Below are positions 29,654 to 39,241 of a stretch of DNA of 64,000 bases, in pieces. The stretch covers positions 6,358-70,357 of the forward strand of contig CALWAL010000008.1 in NCBI GenBank assembly GCA_944373145.1, in the 5' to 3' direction. The stretch's first letter is position 1. Each line of letters starts with the position of its first letter. This DNA is from an uncultured Bacilli bacterium. GTDB lineage: Bacteria; Bacillota_I; Bacilli_A; RF39; UBA660. Below the pieces are notes generated by a model. It did no database searches and was not told where the DNA came from. It saw only the letters and a list, made by a program, of their open reading frames with translations. A program made the position numbers and the translations under genes.

Positions 29654-30751
29654 CTACTTTTCAATAATATAAGGATCTTCCTCAGTACCAGAACCACTAA
29701 CATATGGCTCATTGCCACTTATGTAAATAACCCAATAATAATCATTTTTCTTGTTAGCACGATCAGTTGAAACTCTACCACTTATAACAAATGCATCATA
29801 AGTAGTATCTGCAAAACTATTTACAGTCCAAGAACTAATATTGCCCATATAATTATAATTCATACAACTACCACTAATAACACTGTCGCATCCTGGATCT
29901 AAACTTGCCATGGCCATATCAAGAGTTGTTAATGTGCTAATATATTGATTTTCTAAAATTTTAGAACAATCAAAATCATATGAAATAGCAATGTCTTTCG
30001 AACCACGACTACCTATACATACATCATGTGCTATTAAATGCTTTTTATTTTCTTCGTTAAAATCATTATAACTATTTTTTAATGTATTAAATAAATTACT
30101 ATTTGGATAATCATTAATTCCATAGTTTCTACCTACTTCAGCATTATATTTTTGATCCCATGGTATACCTTTTTCTTCAGCTGTTGATTTAATTAAACGC
30201 AAATCACCATTACTATCAATCTTAATAATACGCCAAGTAACTCCACCAAAAGAAACATAATTATTAACTTCAGTACCTTTAAAAATATACTCATCTCCTA
30301 CTTCATATAGTCCAAATTGATAAGATCCATCAATAATCTCTTCAGTTACTAATTGATCATCAATAACTTTTTGTGCTAAATGAGTAGTAGCATATTCACC
30401 ACATTGTAAATCAGGAATATAAAGCGCTAAACCGTTGTTATTCATAACAGTAACCGTACCACTGCACGAATCTTCATTATATTCTGATAATTCTTTAATA
30501 TATTCCCCACTAACAAGTTCTTGATCTGTAATTGTAATACTTTCTCCTACAGCAGGAATATCAACAGAATCATCATTAATATATTCTCTTGCGGCATCAA
30601 CCAATTTTTCTTCAATTTTTTCATAAGATAAATTACGGCCCGCAACAATTTTCATAATAACCGCTACAACAACAATTAGTATTAACACTGCAAAAATTAC
30701 TCCAACAACAATTAAATACTTTTTGTTTATTTGCTTTAATTTGTCCTTCAC
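29654..30751 (-). CDS. Membrane-anchored surface protein, possibly pilin-like
   Basis: N-terminal TM followed by amphipathic helix (YEKIEEKLVDAAREY), NNYVSFGGVTWRIIK motif, C-terminal GSGTEEDPY. Confidence 0.55.
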   Translation of the reverse strand: MKDKLKQINKKYLIVVGVIFAVLILIVVVAVIMKIVAGRNLSYEKIEEKLVDAAREYINDDSVDIPAVGESITITDQELVSGEYIKELSEYNEDSCSGTVTVMNNNGLALYIPDLQCGEYATTHLAQKVIDDQLVTEEIIDGSYQFGLYEVGDEYIFKGTEVNNYVSFGGVTWRIIKIDSNGDLRLIKSTAEEKGIPWDQKYNAEVGRNYGINDYPNSNLFNTLKNSYNDFNEENKKHLIAHDVCIGSRGSKDIAISYDFDCSKILENQYISTLTTLDMAMASLDPGCDSVISGSCMNYNYMGNISSWTVNSFADTTYDAFVISGRVSTDRANKKNDYYWVIYISGNEPYVSGSGTEEDPYIIEK

Positions 30752-30771
30752 TTTCTCGCCCCCATTAATTG

Positions 30772-31230
30772 TTAATCAACAATTTCTCCACCTTCACCCG
30801 GAGTAGGAGTTGGTGTTACTGTTGCACAACTTTCACTTCCAGATCCTTCAAGAAAGCAGTTAGCACATGCCATAATTCCATCACTATTACCAGCAACAGC
30901 ACTAATTACTAACTTAACAATAGCTATTACAAAAAACACAATAGCTGCTGCAATTAATCGTTTGATAAAAGTCTGTTGACCTTTTTTTATTTCGTCATCT
31001 TTTTGAGCCATAATACCTTTCATCAAATCCATCATACCAAATACAACTAATAATATTGGCACGGCAATTTGAATAACTAAAACAATAATATGCACAATAT
31101 CAGCAAGTTGGGTATCAATTAAAATATCATCTCCTAAAGCAGCACAAGTAAAATCTGCTGCATTAACATTTGGAATAAATAAACTAATCATTAACAAGAT
31201 AAGTAACGATACCAAAGTCTTTTTTTTCAT
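30772..31230 (-). CDS. VirB2/TrbC-like pilin paralogue
   Basis: Signal peptide VNA|AD, TCAALG, AVPILLVVFGMMDLMKGIMAQKDDEIKKGQQTFIKRLIAAAIVFF, CANC...C, TPTP tail. Confidence 0.7.
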   Translation of the reverse strand: MKKKTLVSLLILLMISLFIPNVNAADFTCAALGDDILIDTQLADIVHIIVLVIQIAVPILLVVFGMMDLMKGIMAQKDDEIKKGQQTFIKRLIAAAIVFFVIAIVKLVISAVAGNSDGIMACANCFLEGSGSESCATVTPTPTPGEGGEIVD

Positions 31231-31257
31231 ACTAAACTTCCTTCCTTATTTCTATAC

Positions 31258-31285
31258 ATTATACTATAAAATTTGCAAATATCAA
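31258..31285 (-). promoter_or_regulatory. Sigma-A-type promoter of the 152-aa pilin
   Basis: TTGATA-16 bp-TATAAT. Confidence 0.55.
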
Positions 31286-31294
31286 ATTTTTAAA

Positions 31295-31771
31295 CTACAC
31301 TTCGGCAGGATCGGTTGTTGGAACACTCATTGCTCCACTGCATTCTCCACTAATAAAACAGTTAATACAGCTAATAATATTATTCTGATTTTCCTGATTT
31401 TCGTCAACTACAGAAACTAAAAATTTAACCGCAATAACAATTAAAAATATACAAGCACCCAAAATAATACGTTTAATTAATGTTGTTTGCCCTTTTTTAA
31501 TATCATCTTCTTTACCTGACATCATTCCCTTAACCAAATCAATAACTCCAAAAATAACTAAAATAACAGGAACTGCAACATTTAAAATATTAATTAAAGA
31601 AGACACCATATTAGGAACTCTAACTGGAATATTAGCAATTGTCCCACAAGAAACCGTTTCACCATACTGTAACCACGCCGTTTTATCATCTGCTAAAACA
31701 TTAGGGCAAGCAATAAATATTAAAAATAGGAAGATTCCTAAATATATAAAAAGCCGTTTTTTATCTTTCAT
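31295..31771 (-). CDS. VirB2/TrbC-like pilin paralogue
   Basis: Signal peptide VLA|DD, SCGT, AVPVILVIFGVIDLVKGMMSGKEDDIKKGQTTLIKRII, CINC...C. Confidence 0.7.
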   Translation of the reverse strand: MKDKKRLFIYLGIFLFLIFIACPNVLADDKTAWLQYGETVSCGTIANIPVRVPNMVSSLINILNVAVPVILVIFGVIDLVKGMMSGKEDDIKKGQTTLIKRIILGACIFLIVIAVKFLVSVVDENQENQNNIISCINCFISGECSGAMSVPTTDPAEV

Positions 31772-31779
31772 AACTCCTC

Positions 31780-32943
31780 CTATTCACAATTTTCTACACC
31801 ATCTAAGAAACAGTTCATACAACTTATTATTTCATTATCATCATTGCTAAATACACCTACTACCAATTTGACGATTGCGAAAACAAAGAAAATGATAGCT
31901 GCCGTAATTAAACGCTTAATAAATGTCTTTTGTCCTTTTTTTATTTCATCATCTTTTTGTGAACCAATTGCTTTAACTAAATCAATTGAACCTAAAATAA
32001 CCAATGCAATCGGAACCAAAATCTGTAAAATTATATAAACAATACGAATTACTCTTAAAATTGCTGATGGTATATCAGTAATATAACCACTTCCACAACT
32101 ATAAGTAAGAGTACTAGGAACTAATGTTCCAATTGTACTAGTGTTAACTGTTGGAGGATTATACTCAGGCTTTGGAACTCTAGTCTGTGTTGGCGTATCA
32201 GGAGCAACCGTACAAGTCATCTCTATTGGCGAGCCACCTATTTTGTTTTTTACAGTCTCTAAATCATTTGTACTAGCAAAATAATAAGAGCTTCCCTTTT
32301 TTAGCAAATATTGAGGGCATTGATTACCAGATGACACATAAGGCAGACCATACGTATACCAATATCCACTATTTCTTGATGCTGTGTTTCCGCTAATATA
32401 TGGTGTAGTTAATACTCCATCTTCAGCAATAGAGTAAGTTAGTGAACCTTCACCAGATTGACAATTACAACGCATATATTCAATATATTTTGTAGTATCA
32501 GATTCAGGATATGTATGTCCAACTAATGGCAACGAAAGCCAAGTAGAATATCTTGACACATTAGCTTTTCCCCATTCAATAATTTTATCAACATTAGCAG
32601 AATCACTAAAATATGCTTGTTTACTACGAGCAATTATTAAATAATCGGGGCATTTATTATTTTGCCAACTGTCATCATAACCATTATAACCTGTAGCTCT
32701 AGCTGCTAAAGATGTTGGCGACCAATTTTGTATATCATTATAAGTGTTAAGAGCTGTATCATTGCGATAAACTGCTCTAGCAAAAGAAAAATTATATTGA
32801 ATTCCTACAACAGCATCAACTGAGCCATCACTATAATAACATTGTGCAAAATAAGATTCCGCACGTACATTTTCAGATTTAAATATCCCTAAAAACACGA
32901 CAAAAACTATTATAAAAATAGTTTTTGTTAATTTACTACTCAT
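31780..32943 (-). CDS. Cys-rich exported domain fused to C-terminal VirB2/TrbC-like pilin domain
   Basis: Signal peptide VRA|ES, Pro/Thr linker, SCGSG, LVPIALVILGSIDLVKAIGSQKDDEIKKGQKTFIKRLITAAIIFF, CMNC...C. Confidence 0.7.
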   Translation of the reverse strand: MSSKLTKTIFIIVFVVFLGIFKSENVRAESYFAQCYYSDGSVDAVVGIQYNFSFARAVYRNDTALNTYNDIQNWSPTSLAARATGYNGYDDSWQNNKCPDYLIIARSKQAYFSDSANVDKIIEWGKANVSRYSTWLSLPLVGHTYPESDTTKYIEYMRCNCQSGEGSLTYSIAEDGVLTTPYISGNTASRNSGYWYTYGLPYVSSGNQCPQYLLKKGSSYYFASTNDLETVKNKIGGSPIEMTCTVAPDTPTQTRVPKPEYNPPTVNTSTIGTLVPSTLTYSCGSGYITDIPSAILRVIRIVYIILQILVPIALVILGSIDLVKAIGSQKDDEIKKGQKTFIKRLITAAIIFFVFAIVKLVVGVFSNDDNEIISCMNCFLDGVENCE

Positions 32944-32969
32944 ATCATCACCTCTGATTATATTAAAAA

Positions 32970-33944
32970 TTATTTGACACGATCAAAGCCTAATTTAATC
33001 AAAAAATCATTCAAAGGTTTATTTCTTTTTTCACGTTCATCTAATGGTGGCATATTATAAAAAATTTTAACCTTTGCCTCATACTCAAAATCTAAAACAT
33101 CTTTAGAACTCAATAAGCTTTGATTTAATATAACCTTTTTATCCTTTAGTCCTCTTAACACTTGAGGCGTAATCATTGTTAATTTATTCAATTTGATAAT
33201 TGAAGGCTCAATTAAATAAATAATTTCATTACACAATCCTTCAGCTTGAACACTTCCATTTACATCAAGAAGGATTACATCACAATCTCTATATCGTGAA
33301 ACTTCAGCTTGAACACTACCACTATTTGTAGATATTAAACCATGCTTTTTAAAATATGTAAAATCTGTTTTATCTACTTCAATAGCTGTCACGTTATAAT
33401 ATTTTGATAATTCATTATACATCATATAAATTAAAGTAGATGCGCCTGAATTTTTTGTAACATTTTTGACACCAATAATCTTTCCGGCATAACCGTATCC
33501 ACCATTTTGAACAACGACCATTTGTGCTGGCTGACTTGGTACCTGTGGTACAACAGCCACATCATCTAATTGGTGGAATTGGGCAACATCACGGTAACTA
33601 TTAGGATGGTTGTATAAGTACTGTATTCCTTCAATGTTTCGTGTAAAATTATATATACCCATCGAAATTAACTTAGATAAATATGCTGGAGAAGTACTTT
33701 CAGCACTATCATCTAACAACAATATTACCTTATCCATTGATAAAGAAATAGATAACTTTTGTAAATTTCTTATATCTTTATAATTCTTAATTGCTGTAAT
33801 ATCTAATATCATTCTTTGATAAAAAAAGTTCTGAAATGTAGCAATAATTTCATCAACTTCAAATTCACCATTAAGACTTTTTATTACATCAATTCCTAGA
33901 TTTTCTAACATCAATTGATACTTATTAGAAACGATAACATTCAT
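32970..33944 (-). CDS. CpaE/TadZ-like protein (receiver-like domain + degenerate MinD/ParA domain)
   Basis: IIGVKNVTKNSGASTL degenerate P-loop, AIEVD, VILLDV; at the end of the tad gene run. Confidence 0.5.
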   Translation of the reverse strand: MNVIVSNKYQLMLENLGIDVIKSLNGEFEVDEIIATFQNFFYQRMILDITAIKNYKDIRNLQKLSISLSMDKVILLLDDSAESTSPAYLSKLISMGIYNFTRNIEGIQYLYNHPNSYRDVAQFHQLDDVAVVPQVPSQPAQMVVVQNGGYGYAGKIIGVKNVTKNSGASTLIYMMYNELSKYYNVTAIEVDKTDFTYFKKHGLISTNSGSVQAEVSRYRDCDVILLDVNGSVQAEGLCNEIIYLIEPSIIKLNKLTMITPQVLRGLKDKKVILNQSLLSSKDVLDFEYEAKVKIFYNMPPLDEREKRNKPLNDFLIKLGFDRVK

Positions 33945-33963
33945 TAATTATCACCTTTCTCAG

Positions 33964-34452
33964 CTAATTATTGTAATGAATACCTACATTATATAAAGTC
34001 TTAGTCTTTCCATTAACAGGAAATTCCAAATAATTTCCAATCAAAGGAATGTCAAAATGCATAAATGCGGTAACACCATAATAATATCCCTTATCATTTT
34101 CATATTCATAAACACAATAATGATATGTATTATGGCTAGCACCGCCGTTTGAATGTCCACCATACACAATAGTCGCACCATCTTTTTGACGGCAACCACC
34201 AACAAATGGACTAGCTACAACTAAAGGATAGCCAATCTGCTGAAGGTTGGCTTCAATTTCAGATTGAACTACATTAGTTCCAGTGCTTGTATAAACATCC
34301 CATCCGCCATATTTTTCTATTGTATATATAATTCTATTTTTTACTTTAAATGCTTTTGAATAACTAACAGAACCAACCAGTAAGGCCGACATGACGCCAA
34401 TAAAAACCATTAGCAAATTTACAATAAATGTATTTCCTATAGCCTCACGCAT
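33964..34452 (-). CDS. Tad minor pilin-like protein
   Basis: MREAIG + hydrophobic helix, YSKAFKVKNRIIYTIEKYGG, Cys pair, YYGVTAFMHFDIP; paralogous to next gene. Confidence 0.6.
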   Translation of the reverse strand: MREAIGNTFIVNLLMVFIGVMSALLVGSVSYSKAFKVKNRIIYTIEKYGGWDVYTSTGTNVVQSEIEANLQQIGYPLVVASPFVGGCRQKDGATIVYGGHSNGGASHNTYHYCVYEYENDKGYYYGVTAFMHFDIPLIGNYLEFPVNGKTKTLYNVGIHYNN

Positions 34453-34467
34453 ATTTAATTCACCTCA

Positions 34468-35013
34468 CTAATTGAAATAATAAATTCTATTGGTACTAGA
34501 AAATATAGGAATTTTTATAGTATTTTCAACAACTGGAAATTTCATCTGCATATAAGTTAATACACCGTAACGGTAATAAATATCGGTTGTTGCTAAACCA
34601 CCGCCAACACTCATTGCACTATTATCATTCCAGTATAAATAAACACAATAACCAATTCCACGATCTGAATTTGTTTTTCCATCAGGATAATTGTTATCAA
34701 TACGTTCACCATCAGGAATAAATATATTTAATTCACCATCAATACTACCTAAATAATCAGCACTAGTATTTCGTTTTGTTTGCTCACACTTAAACTCCGA
34801 TGAGCCATCATAGCCAAGAGCTGATAAGCCTTTTTCTATTTCAGCTTTCGAATAATCATTATATCCTTCAAATTTTTCAATAGCATTGACAATATAATTA
34901 TTAACTCTATAGGCCTTGTAATAACTTAGAGTTCCAGCCAGAAATGCGAACACTAAAAATATAAACAATACTATAAAATTTAGCATAAAAGACGTTCCTA
35001 TACTTTCCCTCAT
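34468..35013 (-). CDS. Tad minor pilin-like protein
   Basis: MRESIG + hydrophobic helix, YYKAYRVNNYIVNAIEKFEG, Cys pair, YGVLTYMQMKFP. Confidence 0.6.
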   Translation of the reverse strand: MRESIGTSFMLNFIVLFIFLVFAFLAGTLSYYKAYRVNNYIVNAIEKFEGYNDYSKAEIEKGLSALGYDGSSEFKCEQTKRNTSADYLGSIDGELNIFIPDGERIDNNYPDGKTNSDRGIGYCVYLYWNDNSAMSVGGGLATTDIYYRYGVLTYMQMKFPVVENTIKIPIFSSTNRIYYFN

Positions 35014-35042
35014 AAGTTATTACCTCCTAATTTATTCAAATG

Positions 35043-35288
35043 CTATCCGTCTAATCCAGCTTCTGATACACAATTTGCATATGCAGTAGCATCATATTGA
35101 CCCGTGTGGTCATTTGCAGCAGCTTGGCATTGATTTCCTGACCAAATACCACCGGCATCTGTACAACAAGATCTTCTGGTTGAACTTCTCATTAAACTAT
35201 TAATTAATGGAGTTGCGATTGCAACGATTACAGCTATTAAGATAATAGCAACAACAGTTAAGTTTGCTTCACCTGCAGCTTCTTTCAT
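35043..35288 (-). CDS. Flp-like major pilin
   Basis: 81 aa, MKEAAG|EANLTVVAIILIAVIVAIATPLI, four Cys in small head; directly after tadC. Confidence 0.6.
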   Translation of the reverse strand: MKEAAGEANLTVVAIILIAVIVAIATPLINSLMRSSTRRSCCTDAGGIWSGNQCQAAANDHTGQYDATAYANCVSEAGLDG

Positions 35289-35316
35289 TCTCTCACCACC
35301 TTACGTTTCTGTTAAT

Positions 35317-35346
35317 ATTATAACACATTTTTTTTATTAATTTCAA
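35317..35346 (-). promoter_or_regulatory. Sigma-A-type internal promoter of the Flp-like pilin
   Basis: TTGAAA-18 bp-TATAAT with TG extension. Confidence 0.6.
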
Positions 35347-35356
35347 TATTTTGTCA

Positions 35357-36142
35357 TTAAAAGTTCATAAGCATCATCATGGCTAGTAGCATCAAGCCCA
35401 TAATACCTCCACCGGTTGTAAATAACATAACTAGTGTTTGATTTTCCATTTTTTCAAGTCTTTCTTTATATTTAGTTTCACGAGCTTTATTTTGTAAAGC
35501 TGAAACGGTTCTTGAAAACATCATAACTTGTTCATGCTTATCTTGCTGAGATCCCAATCCTAAACGATATAACAATCTCATCATACGCATAGAGTCACGT
35601 ACAGGATATTCATTAGCAAAATCAATGTATGGCTGAATTGTCGAATCTCCAGCATCAATTCTAGCAACTAGTCTTTTTAAACCAGGCTTAAAAACTTCAG
35701 GGGCTGTATCAATACTTCTACTTAAAGCAATTGGAACTGTATAGTGTTGCACTAAAATCTCTAAACTTTTTAAATAATAAGGTAACATTAAATTTACATG
35801 ATGCAAATTAGCTTTATAGTATGCCTTCAATGAATTATAAGAACTTTTGAAAACAAAATATCCTGCAATCACTGCCAACAAAACGTAAATAAATGATAAT
35901 TGATTTAAAAATATAAAAATAACAGCAATAATTGTTAAAAGGCCATTTCTTACTCTTAAACCGAACAGTTCATTAACATCAATTTCACGTCCTGGATATC
36001 TAATTCCAAGTAAGAAGACATAATCATCTTCCATTAAAGCCCTAAAATACGGCTCAGTATCCTTTACAAATCGATTAGTATCAACAATACGATTATAATT
36101 TAAAACAAATACAATAATAACACCGATAATTATAAAATTCAT
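35357..36142 (-). CDS. TadC-like pilus assembly platform protein
   Basis: TM pair, NLMLPYYLKSLEILV...ALSRS, C-terminal TM; follows TadB-like gene. Confidence 0.65.
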   Translation of the reverse strand: MNFIIIGVIIVFVLNYNRIVDTNRFVKDTEPYFRALMEDDYVFLLGIRYPGREIDVNELFGLRVRNGLLTIIAVIFIFLNQLSFIYVLLAVIAGYFVFKSSYNSLKAYYKANLHHVNLMLPYYLKSLEILVQHYTVPIALSRSIDTAPEVFKPGLKRLVARIDAGDSTIQPYIDFANEYPVRDSMRMMRLLYRLGLGSQQDKHEQVMMFSRTVSALQNKARETKYKERLEKMENQTLVMLFTTGGGIMGLMLLAMMMLMNF

Positions 36143-37047
36143 TATTCAGCACCTACATTCTCATTATAATATTTTTCTCCCTTAATTAAGAAGAATGTAT
36201 TAATCATCAAAATTCCATGTAGAAGTGCTTGAACATACCAGATTTCTAGCATCTCAACATAATGTTCTGCACCAAGTAAAAATTGTAATAACATACACAT
36301 GAAATATAAAATAATACCAAATTGTAAGAACTTTTTATGGAAATTAGCTCTATCCATACGATCGGCATATACATTTTCAACTAATAAGTCAATGTCTTGA
36401 GACATATTTTCTAATGACTCAGCAGTATCTTTAGCACCTTCATTAGTGATTTGCAAGAATAATTGGTGCATATTCTTTACCATATAAAAATCATATTTTG
36501 TACTCATAAAATTAAGTGACTGATCAATGGTACCATTCTCATAGGCCATATCAATCATAACTTTTACATCTGTTTTTACAGGATCTTCTAAAATGCCTGA
36601 CTCATATACACCTTCTAGTGATTTAACAAATGATTGAGTAGTTGCAAACTCCATAATAGTGTTAGTTGTATATACTTGAATTTGTTCAAAAATAAATTCA
36701 CTGTAAATTCTTTTGCACCGCAAGTACGTTAAATATGGAATAAAAGAAACTGCAACGATTGCATATATTAAAGAGATTAGTAAGTTGTAGAAATATAAAT
36801 ACGATATAATTGCGGCCCCAAGGGCAAAAGATGCAATTTGTACCATATATTGATGTGTTGAATACTCTTGTCCTAAATCTTTAACCTTTTCACGAATTGT
36901 TTTAAAAGAATATGGAGCAAATTTATCATAAATAAATGCTGTTTTGTCAGACACATATTTATAAACATTTTCCCCATTTGCGCTACGATATATAAGAATA
37001 AATACCGCAATTACAGCGACAATTACAAAAACTACAGATGCAGTCAT
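36142..37047 (-). CDS. TadB-like pilus assembly platform protein
   Basis: TM topology of GspF/PilC family, directly downstream of CpaF ATPase. Confidence 0.65.
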   Translation of the reverse strand: MTASVVFVIVAVIAVFILIYRSANGENVYKYVSDKTAFIYDKFAPYSFKTIREKVKDLGQEYSTHQYMVQIASFALGAAIISYLYFYNLLISLIYAIVAVSFIPYLTYLRCKRIYSEFIFEQIQVYTTNTIMEFATTQSFVKSLEGVYESGILEDPVKTDVKVMIDMAYENGTIDQSLNFMSTKYDFYMVKNMHQLFLQITNEGAKDTAESLENMSQDIDLLVENVYADRMDRANFHKKFLQFGIILYFMCMLLQFLLGAEHYVEMLEIWYVQALLHGILMINTFFLIKGEKYYNENVGAE

Positions 37048-37058
37048 TATCTCTCCTC

Positions 37059-38336
37059 CTATCCTTGAATTTGAGTTGTTATAGCAGTTGGATTAGTGTT
37101 AACCATTACATTAGATTGTGTATTAGCAGGCATTGAGACCGGTGTTGGTTGAACATTAGTAGGAACAGAAACTTGCTGTTGCATTACATTGTTTATATCT
37201 TCATTATCTTTTTCGAATTGTTGTGTTAATGCATCAACCTTTTCATCCTCTATAGCCGAACTAGCAGCTACACCATTATCATTAGCTCCAACTTTATACA
37301 TATCTGGTAACTCCACACCTTGAGCTTCCAAATAATCAATTAAATATTTGCTTGGCGGACGTTTTGTAATTGCTCCACCAGGTGTTTTACGATAAATTAT
37401 ATTATATTTAGCTTCATTTTCTTCGGTTACATAAAATTCACATACTTCAGCTATTTCACGTACAAATCTTTTGGAAACCTTATCTTGATATCCTCTAATA
37501 TAAACTCCAATTTGAATGTAACGATAAATTGACTTTAAAAATTGATCAATATCCTGACTAGTTTCAAGCAAACTATACATACGATTTGGAATAGATGAAG
37601 CTTTATCCGCATGGATAGTCGATAAAATATAGTGACCAGAAGAAATAGAGTTACGTGCAGCCATAACAGCTTCCGCACTACGAACTTCGGATAATAGAAT
37701 CCATTTTGGATTTTGTCTCATACACGAAACAAGAACATCACTATAACTAGCAACGTTATTGGTTTTCATAGCAACAATATCTCGATGAGGATAAATGCGG
37801 TCTAAATGTAGTTCCAATGTATCCTCTACTGTAATTAATTTTTCATTTTCATATGTATGAGCGGCTAGATATTTTACAAACTCTGTTTTACCAGAACCAG
37901 TTTCTCCGCACACAATAATGTTACAATGTCCATGAACACAATATATTAAAAGATCATGTATATCTTCTGTAATATATTTTTGTTCTAATATTTTATCTTT
38001 TTCAAGCCTAATCTTAGCTGGTGTTTTACGGATAACGCATGCAATTCCATTTCTAGCAATTGAGTCATGAATGAAATTCATACGTAGTTCTGCACTTTCA
38101 CTATCCAAAAAAGGATGTGCAGCATTAAAACTATGACCTACAACATTAGCACATTGAAATGCTAGCTTTTCCATAAATGCATTATCAATCAAAGGATTTT
38201 CAACTCTAAAAATACCATGTGATAAAGTTTTTAACCAAAGTTGTCCACCATTGCTATATGAAATATCGGTAACATCATCATTATCAAGATATTGTTGTAA
38301 GGCACCGAAGTCCATTTGATCAAATATGTTTTCCAT
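37059..38336 (-). CDS. CpaF/TadA (VirB11-family) pilus assembly ATPase
   Basis: DDVTDI, IIVCGETGSGKT, ITVEDTLEL, MRQNPKWILLSEVR, SGH..STIHA. Confidence 0.9.
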   Translation of the reverse strand: MENIFDQMDFGALQQYLDNDDVTDISYSNGGQLWLKTLSHGIFRVENPLIDNAFMEKLAFQCANVVGHSFNAAHPFLDSESAELRMNFIHDSIARNGIACVIRKTPAKIRLEKDKILEQKYITEDIHDLLIYCVHGHCNIIVCGETGSGKTEFVKYLAAHTYENEKLITVEDTLELHLDRIYPHRDIVAMKTNNVASYSDVLVSCMRQNPKWILLSEVRSAEAVMAARNSISSGHYILSTIHADKASSIPNRMYSLLETSQDIDQFLKSIYRYIQIGVYIRGYQDKVSKRFVREIAEVCEFYVTEENEAKYNIIYRKTPGGAITKRPPSKYLIDYLEAQGVELPDMYKVGANDNGVAASSAIEDEKVDALTQQFEKDNEDINNVMQQQVSVPTNVQPTPVSMPANTQSNVMVNTNPTAITTQIQG

Positions 38337-38364
38337 CAGCTATCACAATCCCTTTTATCTTTTT

Positions 38365-39222
38365 TTACTGTTCTTCCTCTTCAATGGTAATAGCACCATT
38401 TTCTTCAATTTCTTCTAAGTATTCATCATTATCCGGTGTATTGAAAGTATTAGCATCAATATAATCTCTTAAATATTCACTACTTACTTCAACGTCTCCA
38501 GTAATTGGAGCTGTACCACCATGTGGAACAACAACCGTCTCTACACCTAATGCCTGTAACTGATCAGAATCCGCTTTACGAAGTAAAAGGTGCAAATCTT
38601 CTGGAACACCATAATATAAGAAAGCTGGTTTTGCATCGCTTTCAACGCTAGTAAATACATCAGCACCATCTGAATCTTTAACAGCTAATATTTGAATGTT
38701 TTCAATTAAGCGGCCAAACATAAGCAAACCTGATTCATCTTCTGCATACATATATATGTCAATATAATCTCCAGGTTGAATTGAATTTCCGAATGTTGTA
38801 ATTATATTTACACTTTTATAATAAGGCTTATCAGTTACACCATTAACATCTGTTTTTAATTGCTTTAACCAAGTTCCTGGTAACTCATCTTTTTCTACCA
38901 ATACGTCAGCATAAAACATACTTCCTTCTGGTATAGTGGCATTGATTGCTGTATACTTACCAACAATTTGGCTTTCATTTGTAACAGCATTAGCTGGTTT
39001 TGAAACACTTGGCACCTCAACCCATTTAATATCTTCAGCAGTAATTTCCTCTTGTGGTCCAATCATTCTATTTGCCTGCGGAACTTTTACCGGATTAACT
39101 GCACTATCAATCGTTGACTGATAACCATAATATAAAATTACTAATATAATAATCACACCAATAATAGTTACTGTATTTTTATTGGTGATAAATCTTTTAG
39201 CAGATATTACAAAATTATTCAT
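38365..39222 (-). CDS. CpaB/RcpC-like SAF-domain protein
   Basis: N-terminal TM, SAF (VPQANRMI..ITAEDI..IVGKYT), IQPGDYIDIY, LIENIQILAV. Confidence 0.8.
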   Translation of the reverse strand: MNNFVISAKRFITNKNTVTIIGVIIILVILYYGYQSTIDSAVNPVKVPQANRMIGPQEEITAEDIKWVEVPSVSKPANAVTNESQIVGKYTAINATIPEGSMFYADVLVEKDELPGTWLKQLKTDVNGVTDKPYYKSVNIITTFGNSIQPGDYIDIYMYAEDESGLLMFGRLIENIQILAVKDSDGADVFTSVESDAKPAFLYYGVPEDLHLLLRKADSDQLQALGVETVVVPHGGTAPITGDVEVSSEYLRDYIDANTFNTPDNDEYLEEIEENGAITIEEEEQ

Positions 39223-39241
39223 ATACTTTATCCTCCATTAT

